From positions 92,687-156,686 of the forward strand of contig JBDRNC010000039.1 in assembly GCA_043811535.1 (NCBI GenBank): DNA of 64,000 bases. The letters are read 5' to 3'. The notes under the pieces are model-generated. The model was not told where the DNA came from. It saw only the letters and a program-made list of their open reading frames with translations, and searched no databases. A program made the position numbers and the translations under genes. The stretch comes from Elusimicrobiota bacterium (lineage in GTDB: Bacteria > Elusimicrobiota > Endomicrobiia > Endomicrobiales > JBDRNC01). Positions 9,630 through 20,663 of this stretch are shown here, piece by piece (position 1 is the first letter of the stretch; each line of letters starts with the position of its first letter).

Positions 9630-11102
9630 TTATTTGGAGGTTAGTATTGTTTTTAGTTCTTCAGCAATCACTTCAGCGGCGATTTTTGTCCCTTGCGGCG
9701 ACCAGTGGATTAAATCATAAATATCATAAAGCATAACCGGCGGCTTCTTGTCGATTTTCCTGCGGAATGCCGGCAAGAGATCAATAAAAATAATGCTGTT
9801 GTCTTTTGCGAATGCCCGCAACGCGTTAAACTGCATGGCGGCTCTGTGATCCGACTGCTTTTCAGGCTCGGTCAAGATTCCCCGGTATATTTCATATGAA
9901 CTTGGATTATACATGATTGCTATCCTAGGAGGGTGTTTCACGGCGCGGGCGGCTCTTAGAAGCATTTTGTAGTTATTCAAAGTATTTTCAATTCCGAAAT
10001 TCATCCATTCATCGTATTTTTCAGGCTTTACGAAATAATAATTAGCCGGAGCAAAAAAATCATAGTTTCTTTCCCGTATCTTGCGGGCCCAGTAGCCTTT
10101 TTCGTAACCAAACAAACCTTTTATTGATTTTATAATATTGCGCGTTAGAGCCAGTGTCAGGTTATTTATCCTGATTGGAGTCAGAAAATTCGTTTCGCCT
10201 TGATGCTGGCTCTCATTGTTGATGATATCCATATATTTTACGGAACGAGCGAATAATAACTCCCTTTCAACCGGGGAGAATCTTGTTTCAAATCTGCAGG
10301 AGGGATTGCTTTTTACAACATCGTCTTCATTCGCTTCGCAGATATCGTTGCCCGAAAAGAATTCTAAAACAACTAATTTTGGGTGTTTCGGCAAAGCATA
10401 GATCGTCAACGCCATGGCTTTCTGATAAGAATCGTAACTTCCCGTAGACAGGTTCCATAGAGAAAATGGCAGAATGGCTTTAACCTGCTCCAAACAGGAG
10501 GGCATTCCGACGCCTTGCATCACGGAATCCCCGGAAACAAAGATATCAATGGATTTCGCCGCATTATACGCGCCGCGGTTGAGATTCAAATACCCGGTTT
10601 CGTCAACAATAGCTTCATAGTTCGTATTATCAGCAAGCCGCCTCCGGTGGATGGATCCGGGCTGGCGGCGGTAAAATATCGGGTAGCTGTCGCTTCCTAT
10701 GAAAATCTCGTCCTTTAACTGTGTTTTCAGCTTTCTTACGGCATATTTCTGTAAACGCGAGCTTAATTCAAGTTGACGGCAGAAATTCAGGCCGGTTAGA
10801 TTTTGAATGGAAAATATGGATTCCGCAAAAATTATGTAAATGAATATACATAACGAAAATGAAAAAAACAGACTCATTGCATTTTCGGAATTCCTAAAAT
10901 AGTAATATACGGTATAGTAGACCGCGCAGCAACATAAAATAATAACCGCTCCTATCAGTATGCCCTTGTTGACTCCACCGATGAAGAGTATCGGCCACAA
11001 TAGAACACTTGCGGTTATATTGAAGACATGAATTAATACGGGAACTTTCCGGAAACTATTTTTGCTTTCCGCACTTCTGTTGATTTTGCTTTCATCCGGC
11101 AT
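9630..11102 (-). CDS. membrane-anchored SGNH/AlgX-like protein (possible polysaccharide O-acyltransferase/esterase)
   Basis: N-terminal TM helices, GDSV block I, SGND block III, and DLIHWSPQG (DxxH-like) near the C-terminus. Confidence 0.65.
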   Translation of the reverse strand: MPDESKINRSAESKNSFRKVPVLIHVFNITASVLLWPILFIGGVNKGILIGAVIILCCCAVYYTVYYYFRNSENAMSLFFSFSLCIFIYIIFAESIFSIQNLTGLNFCRQLELSSRLQKYAVRKLKTQLKDEIFIGSDSYPIFYRRQPGSIHRRRLADNTNYEAIVDETGYLNLNRGAYNAAKSIDIFVSGDSVMQGVGMPSCLEQVKAILPFSLWNLSTGSYDSYQKAMALTIYALPKHPKLVVLEFFSGNDICEANEDDVVKSNPSCRFETRFSPVERELLFARSVKYMDIINNESQHQGETNFLTPIRINNLTLALTRNIIKSIKGLFGYEKGYWARKIRERNYDFFAPANYYFVKPEKYDEWMNFGIENTLNNYKMLLRAARAVKHPPRIAIMYNPSSYEIYRGILTEPEKQSDHRAAMQFNALRAFAKDNSIIFIDLLPAFRRKIDKKPPVMLYDIYDLIHWSPQGTKIAAEVIAEELKTILTSK

Positions 11103-11166
11103 ATATTATTCCTCGATTAAATGTAAATATTATGGCCGATTAATATCAATGCAAGGCTGATGGCCA

Positions 11167-12537
11167 TCAATTCGCCGAAATTAAATGTTCTTCTTTGTTT
11201 TTCAGAAACAATTTGGAGAGCCCATATGCGAAAAAGATGCATAAGAACGGCTGGATGGGATATCTGGAGACTAAACCTGACTCTATACCTATGGATACGT
11301 GTACCATAGAATAATAGAGTATGAAAAGCAGGATAATGCCGGTTTTCTTCCATAATTTAACGGAAAGAAAAATCCCAGCGAATGCCAGAGGCATTACTAT
11401 TATCCATTGAATTGTCTTGTAGATTTTAGCGAAAAGTCTGTTGGGGCTGCGGAACGGTCCCCAAAATACCAGCAATCTCTTAGAGGTCGCCAGGGCATAT
11501 CTTACCGGATGTGTTTTTACATACCTGAAAATTTTGGCGGATAGATTGTCTTGTGAATTCATATATGAGTTGAATTCTTCGGCGTTGTCGCATTTATTGT
11601 TTTCAAAATTGAAAAAGGCGTCCGATCCTTCGTCGGTCAAAGGCGTGAATTTATCGAATATTTTATAGTTATAGTAGGACCAGGGAAGCAGAATAATGAC
11701 GAAAATAAGCCCGAATAGGCACGCAGCCAGGAGCCCCCTTTTTTTATCGCTTGAAAAAAATATGATTTCCCATCCGAAGATAAACGGCAAGAACGCGATG
11801 AAAGTCATTCTTGTAAGCGTAGCCAGCCCGAATATGAAGGCGCTTAGAGAGATAAGCGGTATGCTGCCGCGCTCATTCCCTTTCAGTAAAGCTAAAAAGC
11901 CGGCTAGCAGTAAGAAAATATACAGCGTTTCCGTGCGAATCTGGTGTGTCCACAGTATTAAATCCGGGTAAAGCGCCATGGCGAGGGCGGCAATCAGTCC
12001 GATCTTGCTGCCAAAAAAGCGTTTTCCAAGAAAAAAAACGAACACGCAGGAAAGACCGGCGATGATAAGCTGAGGAATGAAATATGACAGAGTATCCGGT
12101 CCGCCTATCTTAATGCACGCCGCCAGAAAAAGCGGATATAAAGGCGGGACGAATTTATGCGCTATATAACCGCCGGGAAGGTATTTAAAGTCCCCGTGCG
12201 TCTGATCCCACGGCCTTCCGTCTTTTATGGTCGCGCTGAAATCGTGCCAGGGCAAATTCATTATGGCGTATTGCTTCGTTTCCAGAATGCCTTTAGCTGT
12301 GATTACGTACCAAAAGGAATCGTTCATAAGGAGGTAGTAAAAATCATGACCGGTTATACGCAGCGGATAATCATGAAGCAGTTTTTCCCTGTATACCCCG
12401 CCCATTCTTAGCAGCACTGCTATAATGAAAATAACGACGAGGGCTCTCTTCTCATCGCCGAATAATTTCGAGAAAATGTTTTTGTTCACAAAAGCTCCGA
12501 TAATATTTAATCTACAACGATATATCCCGTGAAACAA
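11167..12537 (-). CDS. GT-C superfamily (ArnT/PMT-like) integral membrane glycosyltransferase; true start probably downstream
   Basis: Multiple TM segments, NDSFWY, PPLYPLFLA, IRTETLY, LATLTR, PWSYYNY, RYPIQP. Confidence 0.8.
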   Translation of the reverse strand: MFHGIYRCRLNIIGAFVNKNIFSKLFGDEKRALVVIFIIAVLLRMGGVYREKLLHDYPLRITGHDFYYLLMNDSFWYVITAKGILETKQYAIMNLPWHDFSATIKDGRPWDQTHGDFKYLPGGYIAHKFVPPLYPLFLAACIKIGGPDTLSYFIPQLIIAGLSCVFVFFLGKRFFGSKIGLIAALAMALYPDLILWTHQIRTETLYIFLLLAGFLALLKGNERGSIPLISLSAFIFGLATLTRMTFIAFLPFIFGWEIIFFSSDKKRGLLAACLFGLIFVIILLPWSYYNYKIFDKFTPLTDEGSDAFFNFENNKCDNAEEFNSYMNSQDNLSAKIFRYVKTHPVRYALATSKRLLVFWGPFRSPNRLFAKIYKTIQWIIVMPLAFAGIFLSVKLWKKTGIILLFILYYSMVHVSIGIESGLVSRYPIQPFLCIFFAYGLSKLFLKNKEEHLISAN

Positions 12538-13913
12538 TCACGAAGGGATTTTCTGTTTTTCCGTTTTTTTTCAATAAAATCCGCGGTTTTGTACCCAATA
12601 TCAAGACAATCAAGCATGCCAGTATAATCAAATCCGCCGGTCCTGCCGATGCTGTAGAAATTGTCTATCGAGTCAAGAAAACCGAAAACGACGGATTTGT
12701 TTTCCTTATAATTCAGGTCATAAATTGGATAAGTGCCGGTCAGGCGCTTGTCGAAATGCTTCAAAACGTCTTCGGCTTTTATGAGTCCGCATTTTTTCAG
12801 GTCATTTACGACTTTTAAGAAGATTTCATTTTCACTTGTTTTCCACAGCGGATTGTCCTCCGCGCAGGTTATTTCCGCGCATAACGCGGTCGTGGCTTGT
12901 GGGACCATGTAACTGCTGAAGTTTTTTTGCTCAAATACCCGGTTGAAAACATACTCTTTTTCCGGGAAAAACAGCCAGTTGTCGCCCGATATACCCGGTT
13001 TGTTGATGATTAAATATTCAAGTATCAGGTTATTCGTTTTCAAAAGAACGATAGCATCCCTGACATTCTGCGGGATGGCCGGGGTGTTTTTCGCGAGGTC
13101 GCTGAGCGGCATCGTGCTTATGACGGCGTTGTCCTTTCCGACGGGATATTCTTTCCCAAGAGTAGAAGTAAACGATGTTACGGAACCGCCGGACAGATTT
13201 ACGCGCTTTATCCCCTCGTTAAGCCTGATCTCCCCCCCGTTGCCGGTTATTCTCTTTGCAAGGCTTTCGCAAAGCACCGATGAACCGTGTTTTGCGTAAT
13301 AAAACTCCGAAGCGTGCAGAGTTACGTTCTTATCCTTAATACCAAGCACCATTTGAGTGAACATTTTATAAAGGTTGGGCACAACTATGCGAGTCTCGGC
13401 GAGTTCTTTATGAAGAGTTTCAGGATCGGCCCATATCTTTGCCGCGTAAGGTCCAAAAATCGCGCTGTAAATGGTTCTGCCGAATCTGTTTATCACCCAG
13501 TCCTTGTAAGTATTGTCAACCCCTTTTGATATGATGTTCTTTAGAATGATAAAGGCGTAATCAAACACGAATTTGACTGCGGTCAGAGGCTTTAGCCCGA
13601 GTATGATATCCTTTATCCCTACGGGATAATTAAGGAACGTTTCCTGGAGCCTTATCCTGCTGCTCTTTTTCACGGTCAGCAGTTCTTCGCCCAATAATAT
13701 TTTTGCTTCGCGCATAGCGCCGGGCATGATGGAAAATATCTTGTGCGGTCCGAGATCCAGCAGGTAATCGTTCCAATTGAACGTAGCCGACATGCCCCCG
13801 ACAAATCCGTTCTTTTCAAAGATAATGACTTTATAGCCCTTTTCTGCCAACGCTTTTCCGGCGGATAAGCCGGTTATTCCCGCGCCGAAAATGTATATAT
13901 TGCCTTTTTGCAT
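12507..13913 (-). CDS. FAD-dependent oxidoreductase (HemY/UDP-galactopyranose mutase-like sugar-modifying family)
   Basis: GAGITGL...EK...VGG...DLGPH...YPIY...GRTGGFDY. Start reassigned to ATG at 13913 because the longer ORF overlaps the upstream gene. Confidence 0.82.
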   Translation of the reverse strand: MQKGNIYIFGAGITGLSAGKALAEKGYKVIIFEKNGFVGGMSATFNWNDYLLDLGPHKIFSIMPGAMREAKILLGEELLTVKKSSRIRLQETFLNYPVGIKDIILGLKPLTAVKFVFDYAFIILKNIISKGVDNTYKDWVINRFGRTIYSAIFGPYAAKIWADPETLHKELAETRIVVPNLYKMFTQMVLGIKDKNVTLHASEFYYAKHGSSVLCESLAKRITGNGGEIRLNEGIKRVNLSGGSVTSFTSTLGKEYPVGKDNAVISTMPLSDLAKNTPAIPQNVRDAIVLLKTNNLILEYLIINKPGISGDNWLFFPEKEYVFNRVFEQKNFSSYMVPQATTALCAEITCAEDNPLWKTSENEIFLKVVNDLKKCGLIKAEDVLKHFDKRLTGTYPIYDLNYKENKSVVFGFLDSIDNFYSIGRTGGFDYTGMLDCLDIGYKTADFIEKKRKNRKSLRDCFTGYIVVD

Positions 13914-13914
13914 G

Positions 13915-14850
13915 TTATTTCTTTCTTGAAATGACGTTAGTCTGGCTGGCGTAATATTTAATCTGAGTGTTTCCAACCCCAAGAACACTGAACGCGGATT
14001 GGGCGATCTTTGACAGCGGCTTGCTGTACAAAGCAAGCATTTTCGCCAGGTGGCCAAGTTCCATGCCTTGGAAATGCATTTTTGACTTTATTACTTCAAA
14101 GCCCGTCTTCACAAGTATCTTTTTCATGGAATTCCTGTCGAAATAATACAAGTGGCCCGACAGTAAAAACCACCATTTTCTGCCGGCCAGCCTGCTTAAC
14201 GGAACCCCTATGTCGGGATAATTGATTATAAGCACGCCGCCGGGCTTCAGTATCCTGTTTATCTCGGCCAGTTCCGATGACGGGTCGGACGTGTGTTCCA
14301 AAACGTCCCACATAGTTACGGCGTCAAAATGGCTGTCCGGAAAATGAATATCTTTCAGAAGACCCGGTTTAATGTCGAGGTTATAACGCTTGTTCCCATA
14401 GTCGCTAAGCCATTGCGATAACTCGGTTCCGTGCACATCCCATCCGTCGTCGCGCGCCGCTTTCAGGAAAAATCCGGCGGCTGCGCCCACATCAAGGATC
14501 TTGCCCTTTTTGGGGACGTAACTGTCTACGAGCCTAATGTAATCCTTGAAAGTCTTTTCCCTGGCATCCGCCTGGGACACGTATAATTCATCCGTTGATT
14601 TTCTGTACGCGTTCGTGACAATATCATCTTTTACCCTTGGCTGAACATATATGAGCCCGCACTTGCTGCATTTGACTATCTGCTGGGTTCCCATGACGCT
14701 GCCGGAAGCCGAAAAAATATTGTCAACATTATATTCCGTTACGGACGGGTAATATTTAATCCGGTAATCATCGGAGCCGCATAAGTTACAGTTTATATTC
14801 TCAAAAATTGATTTATTTTCCATTTTTTTATCTGTATATTTATTTTCCAT
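13915..14850 (-). CDS. class I SAM-dependent methyltransferase with N-terminal Zn-ribbon (alternative start 14823)
   Basis: CNLC...CSKC, ILDVGAAAGFF, WDVLEH, LKPGG, HLYYF. Confidence 0.86.
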   Translation of the reverse strand: MENKYTDKKMENKSIFENINCNLCGSDDYRIKYYPSVTEYNVDNIFSASGSVMGTQQIVKCSKCGLIYVQPRVKDDIVTNAYRKSTDELYVSQADAREKTFKDYIRLVDSYVPKKGKILDVGAAAGFFLKAARDDGWDVHGTELSQWLSDYGNKRYNLDIKPGLLKDIHFPDSHFDAVTMWDVLEHTSDPSSELAEINRILKPGGVLIINYPDIGVPLSRLAGRKWWFLLSGHLYYFDRNSMKKILVKTGFEVIKSKMHFQGMELGHLAKMLALYSKPLSKIAQSAFSVLGVGNTQIKYYASQTNVISRKK

Positions 14851-16270
14851 AAATCCAGTTTAAGGACGCCCTTAAAAGCCCCGTTCCGCCTTTGAAATAT
14901 GAAAACATAACTCTCGGGTTGGAAGCAAAGCCCATCATCCTGATAAGCTGCGGAATCCTTAAATAGTATTGGAAATAAGCTTTTCCCACAAATTTCATCA
15001 GTTCTTTAGACGTAAGTATTGTGTGCGAGTATTCAAAAGGCGCGTTGTCGCCAACTGAACACCAATTCTGCCAGTTAGTTATTCCTTTTACTTTATCGGA
15101 ATAATATTTTATGAAAATAGGCGTTCCCGGAAAAGGTATTAAAACGCCGAAAGCGGATATAACGGCTTTTAAAGAGATAGCAAAGTTTATTGTTTCCTTT
15201 AATGTTTTCTCGGTTTCGCCGGGACAGCCGATTATAAACGAATTAAGATAACGTATCCCGACTTTCCTGCACATCGCGCAGGTTTCTTCTATCTGTTTTA
15301 AATTAATGCCCTTCTTGATATTATCCAATATTTGCTGACTTCCACTTTCTATGCCGAAAAGTATGAAAACGCACCCGGATTTTTTCATTAATCTAAGCAA
15401 TTCTTCGTCATGCAGCTGGTCAATTCTGCCGAAAATAAACCAGGATATTTCAAGATTTCGGCTTAATATCTCATTGCAAATGCCCGTAACCCTGGATTTC
15501 TCAGCCGCAAAATTATCGTCAACAATATGAAAATGCCTGACCCCGTACTTTTTTACAAGAAACTCGAGCTCGTCAACAAAGTATTTAATTCCGTTGGGCC
15601 TGAATTTGCGACCGGTAGTGATATTGCCGCAGAAAGTGCAACTTGACGGGCAGCCGCGGCTGGACATAACTGTGGCATGCAGCCTGCCTCTTTCGAACTG
15701 GGGATGAAGCCTGTACCATTTCAAATCCACCAAATCCCTTGCCGGGTAGGGAATTTCGTCCAAGTTTTCAATAAAACCGGACCTTTTGTTTTTAATGATA
15801 TTGCCGTTTTTTCTAAAGCAAACTGAAGGGATCTTTGAAGGGTCAAAGCTTTTATTTTCAATAACATCACATATATCTGCCGTGACATACTCGCCTTCCC
15901 CAAGCACCAAAAAATCTATCTCAGGGCAATCCTGCAGGCTTTTTTCCGGCAATGCGGTTACATGCACGCCCCCTGCCATAACCGGACAGCCTATGTTCCG
16001 TTTGATTTCCTTTGCCCATAAGCAGGCATTATCAAAATTAGCCGTTACACTGCTTAAACCTGCTAAATCAGGATTGAATTGCTTAATTCTCTTAATGGCT
16101 TCGTAGAGTGATAAACCTTCAGCTTCAGGATCAACGAGCATTACTTCATGGCCTCTTTGTCTGACAACACTTGCTATGTATCCGAGTCCTAAAGGAAAGC
16201 TGGAATTCTTTCCGGACCTTATTTTCCCGTAAACATCAAGATAAGGGGTATTGATTAAGCATAATTTCAT
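14840..16270 (-). CDS. cobalamin-dependent (class B) radical SAM protein
   Basis: PLGLGYIAS, GGVHVT, GEGE, PYPARDL, SRGCPSSCTFC, DDNF, GIESGS, PFPGT. Confidence 0.9.
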   Translation of the reverse strand: MKLCLINTPYLDVYGKIRSGKNSSFPLGLGYIASVVRQRGHEVMLVDPEAEGLSLYEAIKRIKQFNPDLAGLSSVTANFDNACLWAKEIKRNIGCPVMAGGVHVTALPEKSLQDCPEIDFLVLGEGEYVTADICDVIENKSFDPSKIPSVCFRKNGNIIKNKRSGFIENLDEIPYPARDLVDLKWYRLHPQFERGRLHATVMSSRGCPSSCTFCGNITTGRKFRPNGIKYFVDELEFLVKKYGVRHFHIVDDNFAAEKSRVTGICNEILSRNLEISWFIFGRIDQLHDEELLRLMKKSGCVFILFGIESGSQQILDNIKKGINLKQIEETCAMCRKVGIRYLNSFIIGCPGETEKTLKETINFAISLKAVISAFGVLIPFPGTPIFIKYYSDKVKGITNWQNWCSVGDNAPFEYSHTILTSKELMKFVGKAYFQYYLRIPQLIRMMGFASNPRVMFSYFKGGTGLLRASLNWIYGK

Positions 16271-16962
16271 ATATTGATAAATCTGTATTTAAGCAGCTTC
16301 CAGACTGCTTCAAAACCATGTCTCCAGTGTATTTTCTTCCCTTCGTGGAAAGAACGGGGATTGAACTTCACGGGAACCTCATGTATTTTTATATTTTTAC
16401 GGCATACTTTTGCCGTTATTTCCGGACAGATGTCAAAGCCCTCGCACTCAAGATTCAGGGATTTGTATAATTCGAGGTTCATTACTTTATATCCGCAAGC
16501 TTCATCAGAAATATTCGCATTAAACAGAATATTGGCCAGGAAAGTCACGCACCAATTGGCGAATTTGCTGTAAGATGGCATATTACCGTACCCATTGGCA
16601 AACCTGGTGCCGAAAACAACTTCAGCATCATTTTTAAATGGCCTCAACAGATGTATGTAGTCTTCGGGATTAAGTTCCAAATCGGCATCCTGGGTAATCA
16701 CTATTTTGCCTCTGGCAGCTTTAAGGCCGGACTGGATGCTTGCGCCCTTTCCCTTGTTAGTCTCGTGAAAAACAACGCAAAAGCTGTCATCGGCAGCTTT
16801 CTTTATTTCCCTAGTTAATAAATCACGGGTGCCGTCAGTAGAACCGTCGCATACTATGATGATTTCCTTTGATATAGGCACTTTCCTGACAAGTTCAAGC
16901 AGTTTCAGGATTGTGTTCTTTTCGTTATAACACGGGATGATGACGGAAAGTTGATAGTCCAT
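16267..16962 (-). CDS. GT2 glycosyltransferase (DPM1/ArnC-like, polyprenol-phosphate glycosyltransferase)
   Basis: SVIIPCYNE, DGSTDGT, NKGKG, QDADLE, GTRF, EVPV..PR...GKK. Confidence 0.88.
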   Translation of the reverse strand: MDYQLSVIIPCYNEKNTILKLLELVRKVPISKEIIIVCDGSTDGTRDLLTREIKKAADDSFCVVFHETNKGKGASIQSGLKAARGKIVITQDADLELNPEDYIHLLRPFKNDAEVVFGTRFANGYGNMPSYSKFANWCVTFLANILFNANISDEACGYKVMNLELYKSLNLECEGFDICPEITAKVCRKNIKIHEVPVKFNPRSFHEGKKIHWRHGFEAVWKLLKYRFINI

Positions 16963-18411
16963 TTATACGCCAGCCCTCAACGAAGCCAGTTTGAATTTAA
17001 ACGCCCTGGCAGGCGTCATTTCCATTTTTGTCCTATAGGTCCCGGCGAAAATCCTGATGACTTGCATAAAAGATTTGAACGGATGAAACAATATTTTCGT
17101 CAAGATAAACAAAAGGTACAATTTCAGGCGGTAATTATTAAGAAACTGAAAGTCCTTGCGCCATGCCGGCGAAAAAGTAAGCTCTGAAAGCGAGGAGAAG
17201 CCCTTGAAATCATTGTATATGCTTGAGCCCGGTACCGGGGTTATAAGGAACAGTGCGATCTCATCTACTCCGGCCTTTATAAGTTTAAAGAGTAATTCCT
17301 TTGTCTGCAAAAGGTCCTGTTTTGTTTCTCCGGGGAATCCAAGCACAAAACATGCCTGTGTGTAGACACCGGCGGTGTTCATGGATTTTATCAGTTTTAC
17401 GGCGTGCTCTTTGTCAAATGCCTTATTCATGGAGTTCATCAGGGTTTCAGAACCTGATTCCGGAGAAATGGAGACGTAATTGCATCCGGACTCGCCCATG
17501 AGTCTTACGGTATCAGTATTTTTGATCGTTTCGGCTTTTGTTCCGGAGACAAGCTTCCAGATAATATCAAGCTTGTCGTCAATGACGCGCCTGGAGATCT
17601 CTATGATCCTGTCTTCTGACACAGTAGGATTCAAGTCTTCTATGTGGAATTCCCTCAACTTGAATTTCCCGGAAAACTGTTTCATTTCTGAAACGACGTT
17701 TTCCGCGCTCCTTCCCCTCCACTTGCCGCCGGTAGTTTTAGGGGAAACGCAGAAATTACATTTGTACGGGCATCCCCTAGAAGTCAACATGGGCAGGTAT
17801 CTCTTTGTTTCAAGCGGTCCGTGCGCGTATCCAAGCCCCCAGTACTTTTCAAGCGGAAAAAGGTCCCAGGCCGGGAAAGGCAGTTCGTCCAGATTGTCTA
17901 TAAAACCGCGGAAAATCCTGGATCCGCCGGTATTTTTCTTTCTCATGCCGTCGAGCAGGACGGGTACGGCGTCTTCAGAGTCGCCGGTAATAAGAAAATC
18001 AATGCCGTTATTCAGGAATCCGTCTTTAATGGTTTCCAGAGAATACGCGCTTACCGCCTGGCTGTTTTCCATCAAAGCAACCATAGAACCGCTGTTTTCG
18101 TCTTTTATCCGTTTAACGGTGTTCATTATGGTGTTATGCGATATAAGGTTGTTCGCGTAAATAATAATTAGCTCGCTGTCTTTCGGTATCCGGCGGCGGA
18201 TTTCATCGTAATTCAATCCCTGAATATACTGATTATTTTCCGAGCGCACGGAAGTAACGCCTTCGGCGAACGAATCAATGACCGTTAACTGTTCGTTCAG
18301 GGCCCGCAACTTTGCGGCCAAGTACGCCAGGCCGACAGGCATATAGATAATGCCTGTTGTAAAGATATCGTTTTTCTGAACGGCAAGGCAGGGATTTATC
18401 AGCGTGATCAT
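16963..18411 (-). CDS. cobalamin-dependent (class B) radical SAM protein
   Basis: PVGLAYLAA, LPFPAWDL, SRGCPYKCNFC, PESGS, GFPGET, PVPGS. Confidence 0.88.
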   Translation of the reverse strand: MITLINPCLAVQKNDIFTTGIIYMPVGLAYLAAKLRALNEQLTVIDSFAEGVTSVRSENNQYIQGLNYDEIRRRIPKDSELIIIYANNLISHNTIMNTVKRIKDENSGSMVALMENSQAVSAYSLETIKDGFLNNGIDFLITGDSEDAVPVLLDGMRKKNTGGSRIFRGFIDNLDELPFPAWDLFPLEKYWGLGYAHGPLETKRYLPMLTSRGCPYKCNFCVSPKTTGGKWRGRSAENVVSEMKQFSGKFKLREFHIEDLNPTVSEDRIIEISRRVIDDKLDIIWKLVSGTKAETIKNTDTVRLMGESGCNYVSISPESGSETLMNSMNKAFDKEHAVKLIKSMNTAGVYTQACFVLGFPGETKQDLLQTKELLFKLIKAGVDEIALFLITPVPGSSIYNDFKGFSSLSELTFSPAWRKDFQFLNNYRLKLYLLFILTKILFHPFKSFMQVIRIFAGTYRTKMEMTPARAFKFKLASLRAGV

Positions 18412-18438
18412 GGATTCAACGGTTTATTTCTCAGGATA

Positions 18439-19374
18439 TTATGAAAAACGTCTTGTCTTGAAGTATTCCATTGTATTCTGGATGCCTTCGTCAAGATTAA
18501 TCTTGGGGGACCATCTTAACGCCTTTTTTGCTTTTGTTATGTTCGGCCTTCTGACTTTCGGGTCGTCGACCGGAAGGGGTTTATAGATTATACTGGATTT
18601 GCTGTTGGTTATTCTGACGATGGCATTGGCCAGCTGATTGAGTGTTATTTCATGCGGGTTGCCGATGTTGCAGGGCTCGTTCAGGTTTGAATTTAGAAGC
18701 CGGTAAATGCCGTCAACAAGGTCGGAGACGTAGCAGAAGGACCTAGTCTGCTTTCCGTTGCCGAAAACCGTCACAGGTTTGTTCCTGAGCGCCTGGCAGA
18801 TGAACTCCGGGACGGCGCGGCCGTCATGCGCGCGCATTCTCGGGCCGTAAGTGTTGAATATCCTGATTATCCTTACAGGTATCCTGTGATACCTGTGATA
18901 AGCCATCGTTATGGCTTCGGCAAATCGTTTTGCCTCATCGTAAACGCCCCTCGGGCCTATCGGGTTGACATTGCCCCAGTAGGTTTCCGGCTGGGGATTG
19001 ACAAGCGGGTCGCCGTAAACCTCCGAAGTTGACGCGAGCATGAATATCGCTTTCTTGTGCTTCGCGAGCCCCAGCGCGTTGTGCGTGCCGAGAGCGCCGA
19101 CCTTAAGCGTGGGTATTGGATGTTTGAGGTAATCTATGGGGCTTGCCGGAGAAGCGAAATGAAGAATGGCGTCCAGCTTGCCGTGAACATCTATGAATTT
19201 CGTCACGTTATGTTTGACGAAGGAGAATTTTCTGTTCTTCATCAGATGCTTGATATTTTTCATGCTGCCCGTTATAAGATTGTCCATCGCGATAACGGTG
19301 TGCCCTTTCGCGAGGAAATAATCGCAGAGGTGCGATCCGATGAACCCGGCCCCGCCGGTTATTAGTACTCTCAT
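18439..19374 (-). CDS. UDP-glucuronate decarboxylase (UDP-xylose synthase) family SDR
   Basis: [54 protein letters not shown]. Confidence 0.9.
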   Translation of the reverse strand: MRVLITGGAGFIGSHLCDYFLAKGHTVIAMDNLITGSMKNIKHLMKNRKFSFVKHNVTKFIDVHGKLDAILHFASPASPIDYLKHPIPTLKVGALGTHNALGLAKHKKAIFMLASTSEVYGDPLVNPQPETYWGNVNPIGPRGVYDEAKRFAEAITMAYHRYHRIPVRIIRIFNTYGPRMRAHDGRAVPEFICQALRNKPVTVFGNGKQTRSFCYVSDLVDGIYRLLNSNLNEPCNIGNPHEITLNQLANAIVRITNSKSSIIYKPLPVDDPKVRRPNITKAKKALRWSPKINLDEGIQNTMEYFKTRRFS

Positions 19375-20663
19375 CTTCCCAATCCTTTATATGTAAAACC
19401 TAATTTCTCCATTTTTTCCACGTCGAATATGTTCCTTCCGTCTATGATAATGGGAAGCTTGAGCAGTTTCTTTATCCTGTTCAGGTCAAGTTTCTTGAAT
19501 TCATCCCATTCTGTCAGTATAGCCAGGCAGTCCGCGCCTTTAGCAGTTTCATAAGGGTCCTTACAGAACCGGACGTTTTTGAGCGTCTCCTTGGCTTTTT
19601 CGGCGGCAGCGGGGTCATAGGCCCGAATTTTCGCGCCTTTAGCCTGAAGCATTCTTATAATGTCTATAGACGGAGCGAAACGCATGTCGTCCGTATTCGG
19701 CTTGAAGGCGAGGCCCAACACCCCTATAGTTTTGTCTTTCAATATCCAAAGCGCGTCTTCAATCTTTTTTGAGATAAGTTTTTTCTGGTTTTCGTTTATC
19801 TCTTTTACTTCTTTAAGCAGGTTAAAGTCATAGCCGATCTTTTTTGATATCCAAAGGAATGCTTCCAGATCCTTGGGAAAGCAGAATCCGCCGAAGCCTA
19901 TGCCCGCGTTTAAGAACGCCCGGCCGATCCTTTTGTCCATGCCCATTCCTTCGGCTACTTTCAATATGTTAGCGCCGGTCTTTTCGCAGATGTTCGCGAC
20001 GGCGTTTATGTAGGATATTTTCATCGCGAGGAAGGAATTTGACGCGTGTTTTATTATTTCAGCGCTTTTTATGTCGGTGACAAGCACAGGAGCTTTTATC
20101 GGGGCGTAAATCTCTTTCAGTATGTTCTCGGCTTTTTTAGACTTAACGCCTATCACGATGCGGTCCGGATTGAATGTGTCCTGTATCGCCGAGCCCTCAC
20201 GCAGGAATTCCGGGTTTGAAGCGACATCAAACGGGATGTTTCTCTTCAGGTTGCGCTTGATGGTGAGCGCTACCCAGTCGCCTGTTTCAACTGGAACCGT
20301 GGATTTATCTACTACAAGCTTGTAATTCTTCATGTTGGCGGCTATTTCGCGGGCGACGGTTTCCACGTAAGAAAGGTCGGCCGATCCGTCTTCCCTGGGA
20401 GGCGTACCGACCGCTATGAATATCACTTCCGACTTGCTTATCCCCTCTTTCAGGTCGGTAGTGAAAGAAAGCCGCTTTTTGCTCACGTTCTTTTTTACAA
20501 GCTCGGCAAGCCCGGGCTCGTAAATGGGCATCTTCCCCTTTTTTAGCATCGCTATTTTTGATTTTATGCTGTCGACGCAAATAACCCTGTGCCCTATATC
20601 GGCAAGACAGGCGCCGGTGACAAGTCCCACATAACCCGTACCTACGACGCAAACATTACGCAT
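19371..20663 (-). CDS. ugd: UDP-glucose 6-dehydrogenase
   Basis: [53 protein letters not shown]. Start 20663 (ORF track gives 20681). Confidence 0.92.
   Translation of the reverse strand: MRNVCVVGTGYVGLVTGACLADIGHRVICVDSIKSKIAMLKKGKMPIYEPGLAELVKKNVSKKRLSFTTDLKEGISKSEVIFIAVGTPPREDGSADLSYVETVAREIAANMKNYKLVVDKSTVPVETGDWVALTIKRNLKRNIPFDVASNPEFLREGSAIQDTFNPDRIVIGVKSKKAENILKEIYAPIKAPVLVTDIKSAEIIKHASNSFLAMKISYINAVANICEKTGANILKVAEGMGMDKRIGRAFLNAGIGFGGFCFPKDLEAFLWISKKIGYDFNLLKEVKEINENQKKLISKKIEDALWILKDKTIGVLGLAFKPNTDDMRFAPSIDIIRMLQAKGAKIRAYDPAAAEKAKETLKNVRFCKDPYETAKGADCLAILTEWDEFKKLDLNRIKKLLKLPIIIDGRNIFDVEKMEKLGFTYKGLGR

Noticed and set aside
13914..14057. N-terminal extension of the 516-aa ORF
   Set aside because: It overlaps the upstream methyltransferase; the Rossmann motif begins right after the ATG at 13913.
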